64,000 bases of DNA from a phage. The notes under the pieces are model-generated. The model did not search any database. It was given only the letters and a program-made list of their open reading frames with translations, and was not told the DNA's origin. The stretch's first letter is position 1; each line of letters starts with the position of its first letter. This document shows positions 27,364 to 37,111 of this stretch, piece by piece. The stretch lies in the sequence record OZ470804.1; one strand, written 5' to 3'. A program made the translations under genes and the position numbers.

Positions 27364-27804
27364 TTAGAAAGGTTTTCTACGTTGCTTGTTAATGTTAGCT
27401 TTCATAGCAGCTAAATGGTTTTGCTGTTCAATCAGTCGTGAACGTTCTTGATGACTAAGCGCCATAGTGTTCACATTCTCAATTGCTTGAGTGGCTTGCT
27501 TTAAAGCTCGACCAATCTTACCAGACATTTTGCGTTTTGCAATAGTTGCTTGATGCTTAGGTTCAACCACACGATAACCAACACCCATTGAAGCAACCAG
27601 ATAAATCTTCTCTTCTTTAAGAAGCTTTTCAATAAACTTCTCAAGTCGGTTTAGACGTGTAAGTGCATAAGCCTTCATTTCATCTTCGTACTTAACAATG
27701 TCGCCTTGATAAGTTGGCTTCACAATACCTAAGAAGGTATCCATCTCAGAGTGTGATACAGTGTCACCGTAACTAAACTTTGCTGCTAATGCTTTTGTAT
27801 TCAT
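27364..27804 (-). CDS. hypothetical protein (repeat-flanked cassette gene 2)
   Basis: 146-aa ORF, basic C-terminus; no motif recognised. Confidence 0.5.
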   Translation of the reverse strand: MNTKALAAKFSYGDTVSHSEMDTFLGIVKPTYQGDIVKYEDEMKAYALTRLNRLEKFIEKLLKEEKIYLVASMGVGYRVVEPKHQATIAKRKMSGKIGRALKQATQAIENVNTMALSHQERSRLIEQQNHLAAMKANINKQRRKPF

Positions 27805-27806
27805 AA

Positions 27807-28412
<606 letters not shown>

Positions 28413-28468
28413 TTAGTTGATTGTTAATTTGTTTGTAAAGAACCCTCAACAGAAGACTCTTTAGAAAC

Positions 28469-28508
28469 TTGGCAGATTTTTTATAAGGCTACTGCCATCC
28501 TTCCATAC
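28469..28508. repeat. 40-bp exact direct repeat, copy 2
   Basis: Identical to 27092-27131. Confidence 0.9.
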
Positions 28509-28660
28509 ATTACCAAACAGTACTGTGCCACAACACACCATACCCAACCCCACCTAACTCTACCACACCTCATTAAAAGACCTTGTTTAAAGACCTTTTA
28601 AAAAGGTAAGTCTCATTTTAATGTAGCTGAGACTAACTACCCTTACCAGACCTAGCCTTG

Positions 28661-28720
28661 CCTTACCATACCGTACTTTACCTTACCGTACCGTACTTTA
28701 CCCTACCGTACCGGACAATA
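28661..28720. repeat. 20-bp tandem direct repeat x3 (iteron-like)
   Basis: CCTTACCATACCGTACTTTA / CCTTACCGTACCGTACTTTA / CCCTACCGTACCGGACAATA; strongly G-poor on + strand. Confidence 0.8.
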
Positions 28721-28838
28721 CTTAACCCGACCTCGCCCTACCGGACATCACTTAAAAACCCTTTTAAAAGACTCTTAAGTGATGCTGGTGAGTACCCGTT
28801 GGTTTATGCTGCTCAGTATACTCACCAAATTTTCTATG

Positions 28839-29027
28839 TCAACAACTTTCTAATAAAGTTTTATGAAGATTTTGCTTAACGACCCGCCTCACATGCCTGT
28901 GCTCTTTCTTAATAAAGAGTGACCTCTTCTTGATAGAGCGCCTATTCTTGTAAGTGTTGCTAGGGTACTTATCATGAACCGGACAACAGCCACCCGGATT
29001 TGTAAACTTGATAATCTCTCTTTTCAC
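28839..29027 (-). CDS. hypothetical small basic protein
   Basis: 62-aa Lys/Arg-rich ORF; overlaps a + strand ORF drawn across the repeat region. Confidence 0.25.
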   Translation of the reverse strand: MKREIIKFTNPGGCCPVHDKYPSNTYKNRRSIKKRSLFIKKEHRHVRRVVKQNLHKTLLESC

Positions 29028-30166
29028 TATTCATAATCCCTAATAACTAGCCCAACAGGGAACTGTAAAGACCCCTTACGAGTCATCTTCTGGAACTGAA
29101 CCGTTAAAGGCTTCCCGATAAACTCTTCAGGATGCTCAGCAAGATACTGTTTCTTCTCGTGTGTAGTTTTCCATGAAACATCTACAAAGACGTTAGGAAG
29201 AGTCTCTACAACGAACTTGCCATGACCACGCTTATCAGTCTTTACACCAGTCACTTTAAACTCTTCAGTGTGCATCTTCTTGTGCTTAATCAAGAAGTAT
29301 GAACGGTGACAACACTCGTAGAAGGAGTCTTCAGAGATTGAGCGGTACATTGCACCTTCAAACTCAGCTTCAACCCACTTATCATGAGCTTCATCAAACT
29401 CTTCCCAAGAATTTACACGACGAGACTTAACAGGAACAACTTTACAGCCATCTCTAAAGTCATTCAATGGTGAAGTCTCAATAATATCTCTACGCTCAGG
29501 CCACGTCTTAGTGCTGTCACAGATATCATACCAGTAAAACTTGAGTAAATGTCGGTCAGGATTGTCTTCATTTTTAATCATGGAGACAATATCTTCTAAA
29601 TCCAACCCATGAGCATAGATTTCACCATCAAATTCATCAACGTCTTTATGGAGCCTCAACATTGCCATAATGTCAGGTATTAGTTCAGTAGGAATTTTAT
29701 AAATAGTGTTCTCACGAGAATATGCTGTAAATACACTGCCAATACTTAAGTGTCTTGAAATTCTACAACGTACACCATCCAGTTTTGGTTGAGCATCAGC
29801 AGGGAACTTCAAATACTTTGCATGACTAACCTTTGCAGCATCATGAGCAAGCTGTACACCTACCTTCTCAGTATTCTGTGCAGACTCTTTTGTGTAAGCA
29901 TAACCTTTACGGTCAACTTGCTTTTTATACTTAGCAGAAACTTCAAAGAGAGCTTGCTGTTCAGCATTACGCTCATTCTTTTTACCGATGTTTTTAGGTT
30001 CTGCTGTATACTCTTCAAACATCATCTTGCCATTTTCTTTACCGTAGGTTGTAATAACTTTGTCACCTACAGCGACACATGACCAGACGTTGAAAGAACC
30101 ATCTTTATTTTGTTTGTACAGAATTGTCATTTTTAACCTCTGAGTGATACCAAGTGTAACAAGCAT
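29027..30166 (-). CDS. ATP-dependent polynucleotide ligase (DNA ligase-like nucleotidyltransferase)
   Basis: Motif I KLDGVR, motif III FDGEIY, motif IV EGAMYRS, motif V LIKHKK. Confidence 0.7.
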   Translation of the reverse strand: MLVTLGITQRLKMTILYKQNKDGSFNVWSCVAVGDKVITTYGKENGKMMFEEYTAEPKNIGKKNERNAEQQALFEVSAKYKKQVDRKGYAYTKESAQNTEKVGVQLAHDAAKVSHAKYLKFPADAQPKLDGVRCRISRHLSIGSVFTAYSRENTIYKIPTELIPDIMAMLRLHKDVDEFDGEIYAHGLDLEDIVSMIKNEDNPDRHLLKFYWYDICDSTKTWPERRDIIETSPLNDFRDGCKVVPVKSRRVNSWEEFDEAHDKWVEAEFEGAMYRSISEDSFYECCHRSYFLIKHKKMHTEEFKVTGVKTDKRGHGKFVVETLPNVFVDVSWKTTHEKKQYLAEHPEEFIGKPLTVQFQKMTRKGSLQFPVGLVIRDYE

Positions 30167-30323
30167 TACATGCGTAAAGCTCTAAGTCATTTTTATCTGG
30201 TTTATGGAAACAGTTTGACCCACAACGACATCGGAATAGTTTACCATCAACACGAAGAATGAATGTTTCAAGCTCACCATCTTCTGTAAGAACTGCGTTC
30301 TTAAATTTATCTTCTACAGTCAT
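30105..30323 (-). CDS. zinc-finger protein
   Basis: 72 aa with CRCGSNC ... CNAC cysteine clusters. Confidence 0.35.
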   Translation of the reverse strand: MTVEDKFKNAVLTEDGELETFILRVDGKLFRCRCGSNCFHKPDKNDLELYACNACYTWYHSEVKNDNSVQTK

Positions 30324-30625
30324 TTTCTCTTACCACCAATCTCTACGTCAATCACTTGAACATCACCAGCAACATCAAACTTATGAATGATGCTTTCCAC
30401 AGTGTAAGTCCAACCCTCGATGCGAACCAATTCACCTTCTCGTGGAACTATTGGGTTACGTTGGGCTACGGTTGTAGTGGAGTGAACAACATCATAACAA
30501 TAGATATAGTTTACTAGGACTTCCATCGTGAAAACCTCACTCAATAACCGTAGTGTGCGATTGACCATTTTTGCCATAGCTATAAGATGTTGTTGTTTGA
30601 GAGTTTGGACATCTGACAACAACAA
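30320..30625 (-). CDS. hypothetical protein (start uncertain)
   Basis: ORF overlaps downstream lipoprotein gene; internal Met at 30526 would avoid the overlap. Confidence 0.3.
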   Translation of the reverse strand: MLLSDVQTLKQQHLIAMAKMVNRTLRLLSEVFTMEVLVNYIYCYDVVHSTTTVAQRNPIVPREGELVRIEGWTYTVESIIHKFDVAGDVQVIDVEIGGKRK

Positions 30626-30773
30626 TATCCCTGCTTATGGCATCACCATGTAACTTATAGACTTTGCAATCTTGCATCTCTGGTGGGAGGCTATAAGAAG
30701 CGTTTTTGTCCTCGTAAGAGGGATTACAGCCAGATAGAAAGATAACACTAAGCACAATTACTACTTTCCACAT
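30537..30773 (-). CDS. lipoprotein
   Basis: Signal peptide with lipobox MWKVVIVLSVIFLSGC. Confidence 0.5.
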   Translation of the reverse strand: MWKVVIVLSVIFLSGCNPSYEDKNASYSLPPEMQDCKVYKLHGDAISRDIVVVRCPNSQTTTSYSYGKNGQSHTTVIE

Positions 30774-30960
30774 AATACTTCTCCTATTTACTGTTCACGA
30801 TGTTCTACTTCTCTGTACGTTCGTCGATAGTTTATAATAAGCTGTGCTAATTCGTTGCTTTTAACATCTGAACGTAGCAGTTGCCAATCAAAACCTTTAC
30901 CGACTCTTCCATATAAACTAAAGAATTTTACTTTGCGTTTCATTTTGGTGTTCCCAATAC

Positions 30961-31188
30961 TCAGAGGTCAACGCTAATACGTTCACCCTTAAGGACTCCT
31001 GTACGGTCTCTTGCAATCTTACCGTCAACAATAAGGATATGCGCAGACTTTAAAGATTCACTATTAAAACCTTTTACGAACTTACTAGGCATCACCACAA
31101 TAAGCATCTCTTGAATCAACTCTGGAGTGTAGCAATTATCGTGAAGTTGCTGAATAACGTCTGCAAGTGTCATTTTTGATGTCTCCAA
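30961..31188 (-). CDS. hypothetical protein
   Basis: 75-aa ORF. Confidence 0.3.
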   Translation of the reverse strand: METSKMTLADVIQQLHDNCYTPELIQEMLIVVMPSKFVKGFNSESLKSAHILIVDGKIARDRTGVLKGERISVDL

Positions 31189-31379
31189 TATTCAATATCA
31201 ATAAGTTCTTGTGCAATGCTTTTCAGATTACCTTTCAAGAAAACCTTCTCAGAACCTGAAAGAGATGAATTGTCAATTAACCTGTTCATTCTCTCAAACA
31301 ACTTCTGCTTACGGTTCTTGATAGTTTCCTTTGAAGCACCTTTCATCATTGCTGCATGGGTTCTTCCACGGTGGCTCAT
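31170..31379 (-). CDS. hypothetical protein
   Basis: 69-aa basic ORF. Confidence 0.3.
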   Translation of the reverse strand: MSHRGRTHAAMMKGASKETIKNRKQKLFERMNRLIDNSSLSGSEKVFLKGNLKSIAQELIDIEYWRHQK

Positions 31380-31430
31380 AAGCCCTCCTATATAAGATAT
31401 AGTATAAGGTACTCTTCCATGAGAACCTTG

Positions 31431-31934
31431 TCAACTTAGTTTTGCAAACTCTCCGTGGAGTTTTACAGCAGCTTCACAGTAAGCTTTATGGGCTTCTTCT
31501 GGTGTGTCAAATAAACCAAGTGATGTCCTTTTACCTCTGCATGTTATAGCTGCCCTCCACTTATTACAGTCTTTAAAGTAATGTACACCCTTGTAACCTG
31601 ATTTATTAGTCGTCTGCTTTATTCTATTTTGTGCATTTCCGTATTTATCAGTCTCCCTAAGATTAGAAATGTGATTATTACTTCTGTTACCATCAATGTG
31701 GTCTATCATCTTAGTGGGTTTGTAACCATGTTCGAACCACCAAACGAGGTGATGAATTTTTATTACGACATCTTTGAATTTAAGTACTTTGTAACCGTAA
31801 GCATCAGCACCTCCTGCAATCTGCCCAGCTTTAGCTTGTCTATTCCTGTCATACTTGTTGTAGAAGACCCCTTTGTCGGGGTCGTAAATAAAATTATCCT
31901 TGTAATCTTGAAGTGTTAGTGTACGGCGTACCAT
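31431..31934 (-). CDS. HNH homing endonuclease with AP2-type DNA-binding domain
   Basis: IDHIDGNRSNNHISNLRE (HNH_3-type) plus GVHYFKDCNKWRAAITCRGKRTSLGLFDTPEEAHKAY (AP2-like). Confidence 0.8.
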   Translation of the reverse strand: MVRRTLTLQDYKDNFIYDPDKGVFYNKYDRNRQAKAGQIAGGADAYGYKVLKFKDVVIKIHHLVWWFEHGYKPTKMIDHIDGNRSNNHISNLRETDKYGNAQNRIKQTTNKSGYKGVHYFKDCNKWRAAITCRGKRTSLGLFDTPEEAHKAYCEAAVKLHGEFAKLS

Positions 31935-34615
31935 GTCTTACCTACCTTACCAGTGCCTGTAACAAGCGTCTTACTCTTTAATCCAAGATTTTTTGATGCT
32001 TGACCATACATTCTATCAATAATTTCCTTAACATCAGGTACATCTTTGGTTGGAACCTCTAAAGAGACCTCATCGTGGTAACTACAGACCCACCTAGCAC
32101 CAATAGCGGGCTTCCTACCATTTAGAACTGTAAGCTTGCGCTCTGTTAACTCTCTGTTAGCCAAGTTAATACCCTCATTCTGCACCTGCGCCTCACTGCC
32201 CATAAGTGTGTAATTCAATAACTTATGTGGAGATTTACACCATAACCACGCTCCAGCAACTTTGATATAACCACCTTTGGCAATTGCAGAAGTTTTTCCG
32301 AAAACCTCTTCAAGTGCTTTCTTAGTTGCTTTGAAGTCTTCCTCTAACCTGTCCAGAAGCTTTTTAATCTTAGGCAGACGCACAAAGTAAGTTTGTTTAG
32401 TCAATGCACCTTCTTCCGTAGATGATGCCTTGATAGTTTTTGCAAACTTCTCGTCTCCGGCTCCAAATAACAGGGCGTAGATACCATTCTTAGCCTTCTT
32501 ACGGCCTTTTGTAATCTCGTGAAGAAGTTCCTCATCCTGTGTCTCCCTACAAAGAATAATATCCTCTTCTTTGTTAAGACCAAAGTAAATACTGTTCAGT
32601 GTATGCGCATCAGTCCCTGTATAGACTTCATAGAGGTCATTCTCAGCATCATAACGAAGATACTTGTCAGTTTCTGGGTTAAGATACTTATCAAGATGCT
32701 TACAATAGTATCTACCATCCTCTTGCTTAGTGAACTCTACTGACTCTTTGCCCTCAGTGACCGCTTTAGTGAAGTCTTCATCACCCATAAAGTTACAAAG
32801 AAGAACTAGCTGGGCTGAGTTTTGGTCTACGGAGATGATGTCTGTACCATCTTCACAAGTCCACACTTCCCTCATAGGCGCTCCATAGACAGCAGCACCA
32901 GACGGTACGTTTACAATGCCATATTGTGTCATACGTCCAGTTGAAGTACCAAACACCATTGCACCAGCACTAAGGCGACCATCTGGACGAATCTGGTTCA
33001 ACCAACCTTTTTCATCATCCTTTGAGTTCTCAATAGTTCTGCGTCGGTGCATCAAAGTATAGTACTTAGCAATCTTCTGCCCAAGCTCACCTTCAATCGT
33101 ATCATAAGATGATTCAGTAAGTTTTGGTGAAGTACGGATTAAGCAAGGTTCAAGCAAATCTGTGTATTTCTTCACAGACCAGTTATGCTCGATGTACTGT
33201 ACACCTTCGTGTTCAACATAACTCAAACCACACCGCTCAACCATTTCCTGCCACTTAGGATGCTTTGTAATCATCTTTTTATTGTCTTTGAAACGACAAA
33301 CTTTGACAGGGCGACCATCTGAGTCTTTCTTGTAATTCCAGTCATCTGGAATCCAACCAACTGATTTCAAGTAGTCTTTAACAACTGCTACCTGAGTCAT
33401 GCGAGAAACTTCGAACTCAATTGGTGTATATGGTGCATCAATCAAACCTGTGTAGCGACTTGACTCAAGTTCAAAGTGGTTAACAACATGACTGTTATAG
33501 TACTTCACAGTTTTGACTGTTTTTACTGGCTTCCAGTCTTTGCATTTCTTACCAATCTTTGCGTTCAACTCATTGCAAATTGCACGAGCATCCTTCATTG
33601 CTACAAAACCTTCCTTGTACTCTTCACCAGTTACAGAGTTGGTTGGTGTATAGCAATTTCTCTTTTCAATGTTAAAAATCTTTGTAGTTGGCTTACCAAA
33701 TGGCTTGATTTCGTATGTCTGCATCTCACCGTTACGCACCTGTTGACGATACTTTGTCTTAGGATACTTGGTAATCCTCTTCAGTCCATCTGCATGACCA
33801 AATGTTTCAACATACTCATTCCAAGCTTTTGCAAACTCTTCTCCAGTGACTTTACCTTTGGTCTTAATAGTTGGAGGAAGGTGTGGTTCAACCTCTGAAG
33901 CAAGCTCATTAGTCAACTTGTCAAGTTCCTTTACATGGAACTCCATAAGCTCTTTATCAGCTTTCCAACCATTGATAGCTTGTTGACTCATCCAGAAAGA
34001 TGTTTCTTTAGCTCGCATGTAGGTTTCATAAGTGTCTATGCCACACTTCTTAAGCTTGAGATACTCATTATCAAGTGCCCGTTTAGTTTTGGCGTTAATA
34101 CGGATATCTTCTACAACACGAGTGAAGATTTCTGCATTCCACACACCCCAATGTTCAATCTCTGGTTTACGAACACCAACACGAGCACCCCATGCAGCCA
34201 AGCCATGAGCACCTTTATAACCCTTTGGAGTTGGTCTATCCATCCACTGAACACGAGACTGGATAAGAGAATCCTGAAAGAAATTACTCCACGGCTTACA
34301 CTTTGGATTATCAAAGTTCCATAAATCCGGTGCAATGTGATTGAAAACCCACCAGTCATAACCTAGACCATTATGAATGCAAAGACGTTTTGCCTTTAAC
34401 GCAAACTCAATACCTTCACGTAAGCCACCCTTAATGTACTTGGTATACTTGTGACCGAGGATAGGCTCATCTGTAAAGACCCATACAGGTGGCTCTTCAT
34501 CGTCAGATTTATAGTCTGCGAAAGCCATTACGTGCACTTTAGTGAACTCAAGGAGTAAACCATCAGTTTCTGTATCACCAACTAAATGTAAGTTTTTAAA
34601 ATCTACGTTTTCCAT
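31916..34615 (-). CDS. DNA polymerase, family A, with 3'-5' exonuclease domain
   Basis: Exo I VGDTETDGL near N-terminus; motif B-like RKKAKNGIYALLFG; motif C YHDEVSLEV; start placed at MENVDF, preceded by GAGGGAG RBS (track ORF extends to 34645). Confidence 0.9.
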   Translation of the reverse strand: MENVDFKNLHLVGDTETDGLLLEFTKVHVMAFADYKSDDEEPPVWVFTDEPILGHKYTKYIKGGLREGIEFALKAKRLCIHNGLGYDWWVFNHIAPDLWNFDNPKCKPWSNFFQDSLIQSRVQWMDRPTPKGYKGAHGLAAWGARVGVRKPEIEHWGVWNAEIFTRVVEDIRINAKTKRALDNEYLKLKKCGIDTYETYMRAKETSFWMSQQAINGWKADKELMEFHVKELDKLTNELASEVEPHLPPTIKTKGKVTGEEFAKAWNEYVETFGHADGLKRITKYPKTKYRQQVRNGEMQTYEIKPFGKPTTKIFNIEKRNCYTPTNSVTGEEYKEGFVAMKDARAICNELNAKIGKKCKDWKPVKTVKTVKYYNSHVVNHFELESSRYTGLIDAPYTPIEFEVSRMTQVAVVKDYLKSVGWIPDDWNYKKDSDGRPVKVCRFKDNKKMITKHPKWQEMVERCGLSYVEHEGVQYIEHNWSVKKYTDLLEPCLIRTSPKLTESSYDTIEGELGQKIAKYYTLMHRRRTIENSKDDEKGWLNQIRPDGRLSAGAMVFGTSTGRMTQYGIVNVPSGAAVYGAPMREVWTCEDGTDIISVDQNSAQLVLLCNFMGDEDFTKAVTEGKESVEFTKQEDGRYYCKHLDKYLNPETDKYLRYDAENDLYEVYTGTDAHTLNSIYFGLNKEEDIILCRETQDEELLHEITKGRKKAKNGIYALLFGAGDEKFAKTIKASSTEEGALTKQTYFVRLPKIKKLLDRLEEDFKATKKALEEVFGKTSAIAKGGYIKVAGAWLWCKSPHKLLNYTLMGSEAQVQNEGINLANRELTERKLTVLNGRKPAIGARWVCSYHDEVSLEVPTKDVPDVKEIIDRMYGQASKNLGLKSKTLVTGTGKVGKTWYAVH

Positions 34616-34645
34616 TTTTACTCCCTCTAAAATCATTAACCTCAT

Positions 34646-34872
34646 ACATTACTGCAAAAAATTATAAAAAGCAAGTTGACAATGCACTTGACAAGGTGTT
34701 AATCTTTGCGAAGTGGGTTTTTACTTAAAAGGTTACTTAACAGTTTAACTATACAGATACTTTAAAAGTCTTAAAAGATTATTTAATAGCTTTTAAAAAG
34801 CTTTAAAGTATAACGTATAGAATACGTTAAGATAAAAGATTAAAACTTAATAGTTACTTAAAAGAGGTTTAC
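34646..34872. promoter_or_regulatory. divergent AT-rich control region with palindromes and short repeats
   Basis: Two TTGACA hexamers (34676, 34688); palindromes AGCTTTT-A-AAAAGCT (34788-34802) and TAACGTAT-AGA-ATACGTTA (34811-34829); repeated TTACTTAA and TTAAAAG units. Confidence 0.4.
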
Positions 34873-35295
34873 ATGCAGAAAATGTTTGTTCACCCAGACA
34901 TAGCTGACTTTGTTAGAGCTTTGCAGAAGTTGGAAGAACTTGACATTGCTGCTCAACGGGAATATGCTCACCATCACAGGAGAATGGTTGATATACAACA
35001 TGAAATAGAGTTGTCTGAAAACTATGAAGATGACTTAAAATGCTCTGTATTTGAGCATATGAAAGATGTTGCTACAGCGAGACGTAAAGCTAAAGACACA
35101 GTTGCTTTACTAGATTCTCTTAAAAAGAGGTTGCAAAGTGGTACAGACCTGTGTAATCTAGCGTCACTGATTAACGATGTTGAAACTTCTTGGGATAGGC
35201 ACTATTATCCACGTTCTGAAAAGACACTTGACTTTTCTTCATCAGAAAACTTAAAATGTTCTAGAAAGAAACTTAACCAACTGAGAGAGAAATAA
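34873..35295 (+). CDS. hypothetical protein
   Basis: 140-aa ORF, first gene of + strand block. Confidence 0.4.
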   Translation: MQKMFVHPDIADFVRALQKLEELDIAAQREYAHHHRRMVDIQHEIELSENYEDDLKCSVFEHMKDVATARRKAKDTVALLDSLKKRLQSGTDLCNLASLINDVETSWDRHYYPRSEKTLDFSSSENLKCSRKKLNQLREK

Positions 35296-35296
35296 T

Positions 35297-36097
35297 ATGA
35301 ATACTACTGTAGACCAGATGCTTGAAGAAAAAGGTATTGACGAAGCTTTCTTAATCAATGCCGTAGAAAGCATGGCTATGATTCTTCGTGGAAACAACTA
35401 CACAGAACAGTTTATGCCTGCAAGCTATAACCTGCCTAAAGACAAGTCTGATAACGGTGCTTTTGCAGAACAGGTTAATATGATGTTGACAGACACTACA
35501 CTTGCTCTAGCATCTATTGCGGTTGGTGTTGATGCACTTGCTGAGTTCATTTTTTATGAAATGCAAAAGAATGACTATATCAGGATGTCAGACGAAGATA
35601 AGGAACTGTTACTGACTAAGGATACTGATTTCATTATTGATACGCTTATCTCATCAACAAGTGCTGTTATGGCTGTTCTTGAGAAGCGTATGGAAGAGAA
35701 ACTTTCACGATATGAAAAGCTTGATTGGGGCGTAGAAGAATTAAACCCACGAATCAAAGAGATTATCCAGCAAACTAAAGAGTCTTTAGAAGAAGCTGTT
35801 GAAAATGACACTGTAGCTGATATAGAACCTCTTCAGGTGAAAGTTGCACTGATGATTCCAGCTATTTCTACAATGATGAATATCGTTGCACTAATCCAAC
35901 TTTCACAGATGATGGGTGTGAGTATGGAGTTCATTGAGGAGATGACTGGTGGTGTCAGTATGCAAGCAATCAATGATGTTTTGGTGAACATTGGTGCTTC
36001 AATCATTGAAGAGAAACTACGCATCAACTTCGGTGATGATTTTGTGAAGCAACTCTCAGCTATGGCTGAAAAAGAGTCTGCCGAGCAACTGCACTAA
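35297..36097 (+). CDS. hypothetical protein
   Basis: 266-aa ORF followed by terminator hairpin. Confidence 0.4.
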   Translation: MNTTVDQMLEEKGIDEAFLINAVESMAMILRGNNYTEQFMPASYNLPKDKSDNGAFAEQVNMMLTDTTLALASIAVGVDALAEFIFYEMQKNDYIRMSDEDKELLLTKDTDFIIDTLISSTSAVMAVLEKRMEEKLSRYEKLDWGVEELNPRIKEIIQQTKESLEEAVENDTVADIEPLQVKVALMIPAISTMMNIVALIQLSQMMGVSMEFIEEMTGGVSMQAINDVLVNIGASIIEEKLRINFGDDFVKQLSAMAEKESAEQLH

Positions 36098-36114
36098 GTC
36101 TTTATAAATCTTAC

Positions 36115-36139
36115 AAGCCTCCTTAGTTGGGGGCTTTTT
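36115..36139 (+). terminator. rho-independent terminator
   Basis: AAGCCTCC / GGGGGCTT stem (one G-U) followed by TTTTT. Confidence 0.55.
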
Positions 36140-36158
36140 AGTAATTAAGGGAGATAAA

Positions 36159-36902
36159 ATGAGTAATATTATTGCATTTACTGGAAAGGCACGCTCTGGA
36201 AAAGACACCTCATGTTCTATTGTGAAGAACATCTTAGAGGATGAGTACGGCTACAATGTTGCAGTAATGGCCTATGCAGACAACCTTAAGCTATCTGCAT
36301 CAAAGATATTTGACCTGACTTGGAATGACCTGTATGGTGAAACTAAAGAGACTCCACAGGTTTTTGACTTATCATATCCTGAACTGATGTTAAAAGTTAC
36401 AGAAGCTATGGAGTTCACTTTCAAAGGTGAGCGTTACCATATGGATTTTAAGCTTATGTCAGAGTTAACCGGACGATTAATCATGGAACTTAAGAAGGTG
36501 GCTAAACCGACTCTATTAACACGTCTGGGATTTAGCAAGAAGTATAAATTCTCATCAAGGCAAATTCAACAGATTTGGGGCACTGAAGTTATCCGTAAAG
36601 TTATGGGTGACAAGTTCTGGGCTAAAGACCTCGAAAAACGAATGGTAAATTTCTTTGACGTTTGCTCACTTAGAAATCAAGAAGGTGTTGTTTTAATCAG
36701 TGATTTAAGATTTGACTCTGAAGCTGAGTGGCTGAGTAGATTTGCACACCAAACTATTGAAGTAAAAAGAGACAATGTGGACAAAGTTTCATCACACGTT
36801 TCAGAAAATGGGATTTCTACAAAATATGAGCGTGACATTATTCATAATAATGGTACTCTTGAAGACCTTGAAAGCAAGCTAAGAGCTATCCTGAAGATTT
36901 AA
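36159..36902 (+). CDS. deoxynucleoside monophosphate kinase
   Basis: P-loop FTGKARSGKDT and C-terminal IIHNNGTLEDLESKLRAILKI closely resemble T4 gp1 dNMP kinase (recalled from memory). Confidence 0.8.
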   Translation: MSNIIAFTGKARSGKDTSCSIVKNILEDEYGYNVAVMAYADNLKLSASKIFDLTWNDLYGETKETPQVFDLSYPELMLKVTEAMEFTFKGERYHMDFKLMSELTGRLIMELKKVAKPTLLTRLGFSKKYKFSSRQIQQIWGTEVIRKVMGDKFWAKDLEKRMVNFFDVCSLRNQEGVVLISDLRFDSEAEWLSRFAHQTIEVKRDNVDKVSSHVSENGISTKYERDIIHNNGTLEDLESKLRAILKI

Positions 36903-36910
36903 AAGAGAGA

Positions 36911-37111
36911 ATGAAGATGAGAGTAAAAGATAATTTCAAAGTTATTGACCATCGTTTAGTGGAACTCTCATCTCTTTCCAATGAGGTAATGATTGAACGT
37001 CTTAAGAGAGTTGAATCACGAAGGAAAGAGATTGCAGACGAAATTCATGAACTGGACAAGATTGAAAATGGATTGAAGGCAGAACTACAACGAAGAGGTG
37101 CTAATGTCTAA
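36911..37111 (+). CDS. hypothetical coiled-coil protein
   Basis: 66-aa ORF. Confidence 0.3.
   Translation: MKMRVKDNFKVIDHRLVELSSLSNEVMIERLKRVESRRKEIADEIHELDKIENGLKAELQRRGANV

Noticed and set aside
28658-28879. 73-aa + strand ORF across the tandem-repeat region
   Set aside because: Its translation is a periodic Pro/Tyr/Thr-rich product of the 20-bp repeats, it has no RBS, and it overlaps a - strand ORF; most likely a repeat artefact
34676-34716. The two TTGACA hexamers upstream of the + strand replication block as definite promoters
   Set aside because: Neither has a convincing -10 hexamer at 16-18 bp (TTAATC / AAGTGG); kept only as part of a regulatory region
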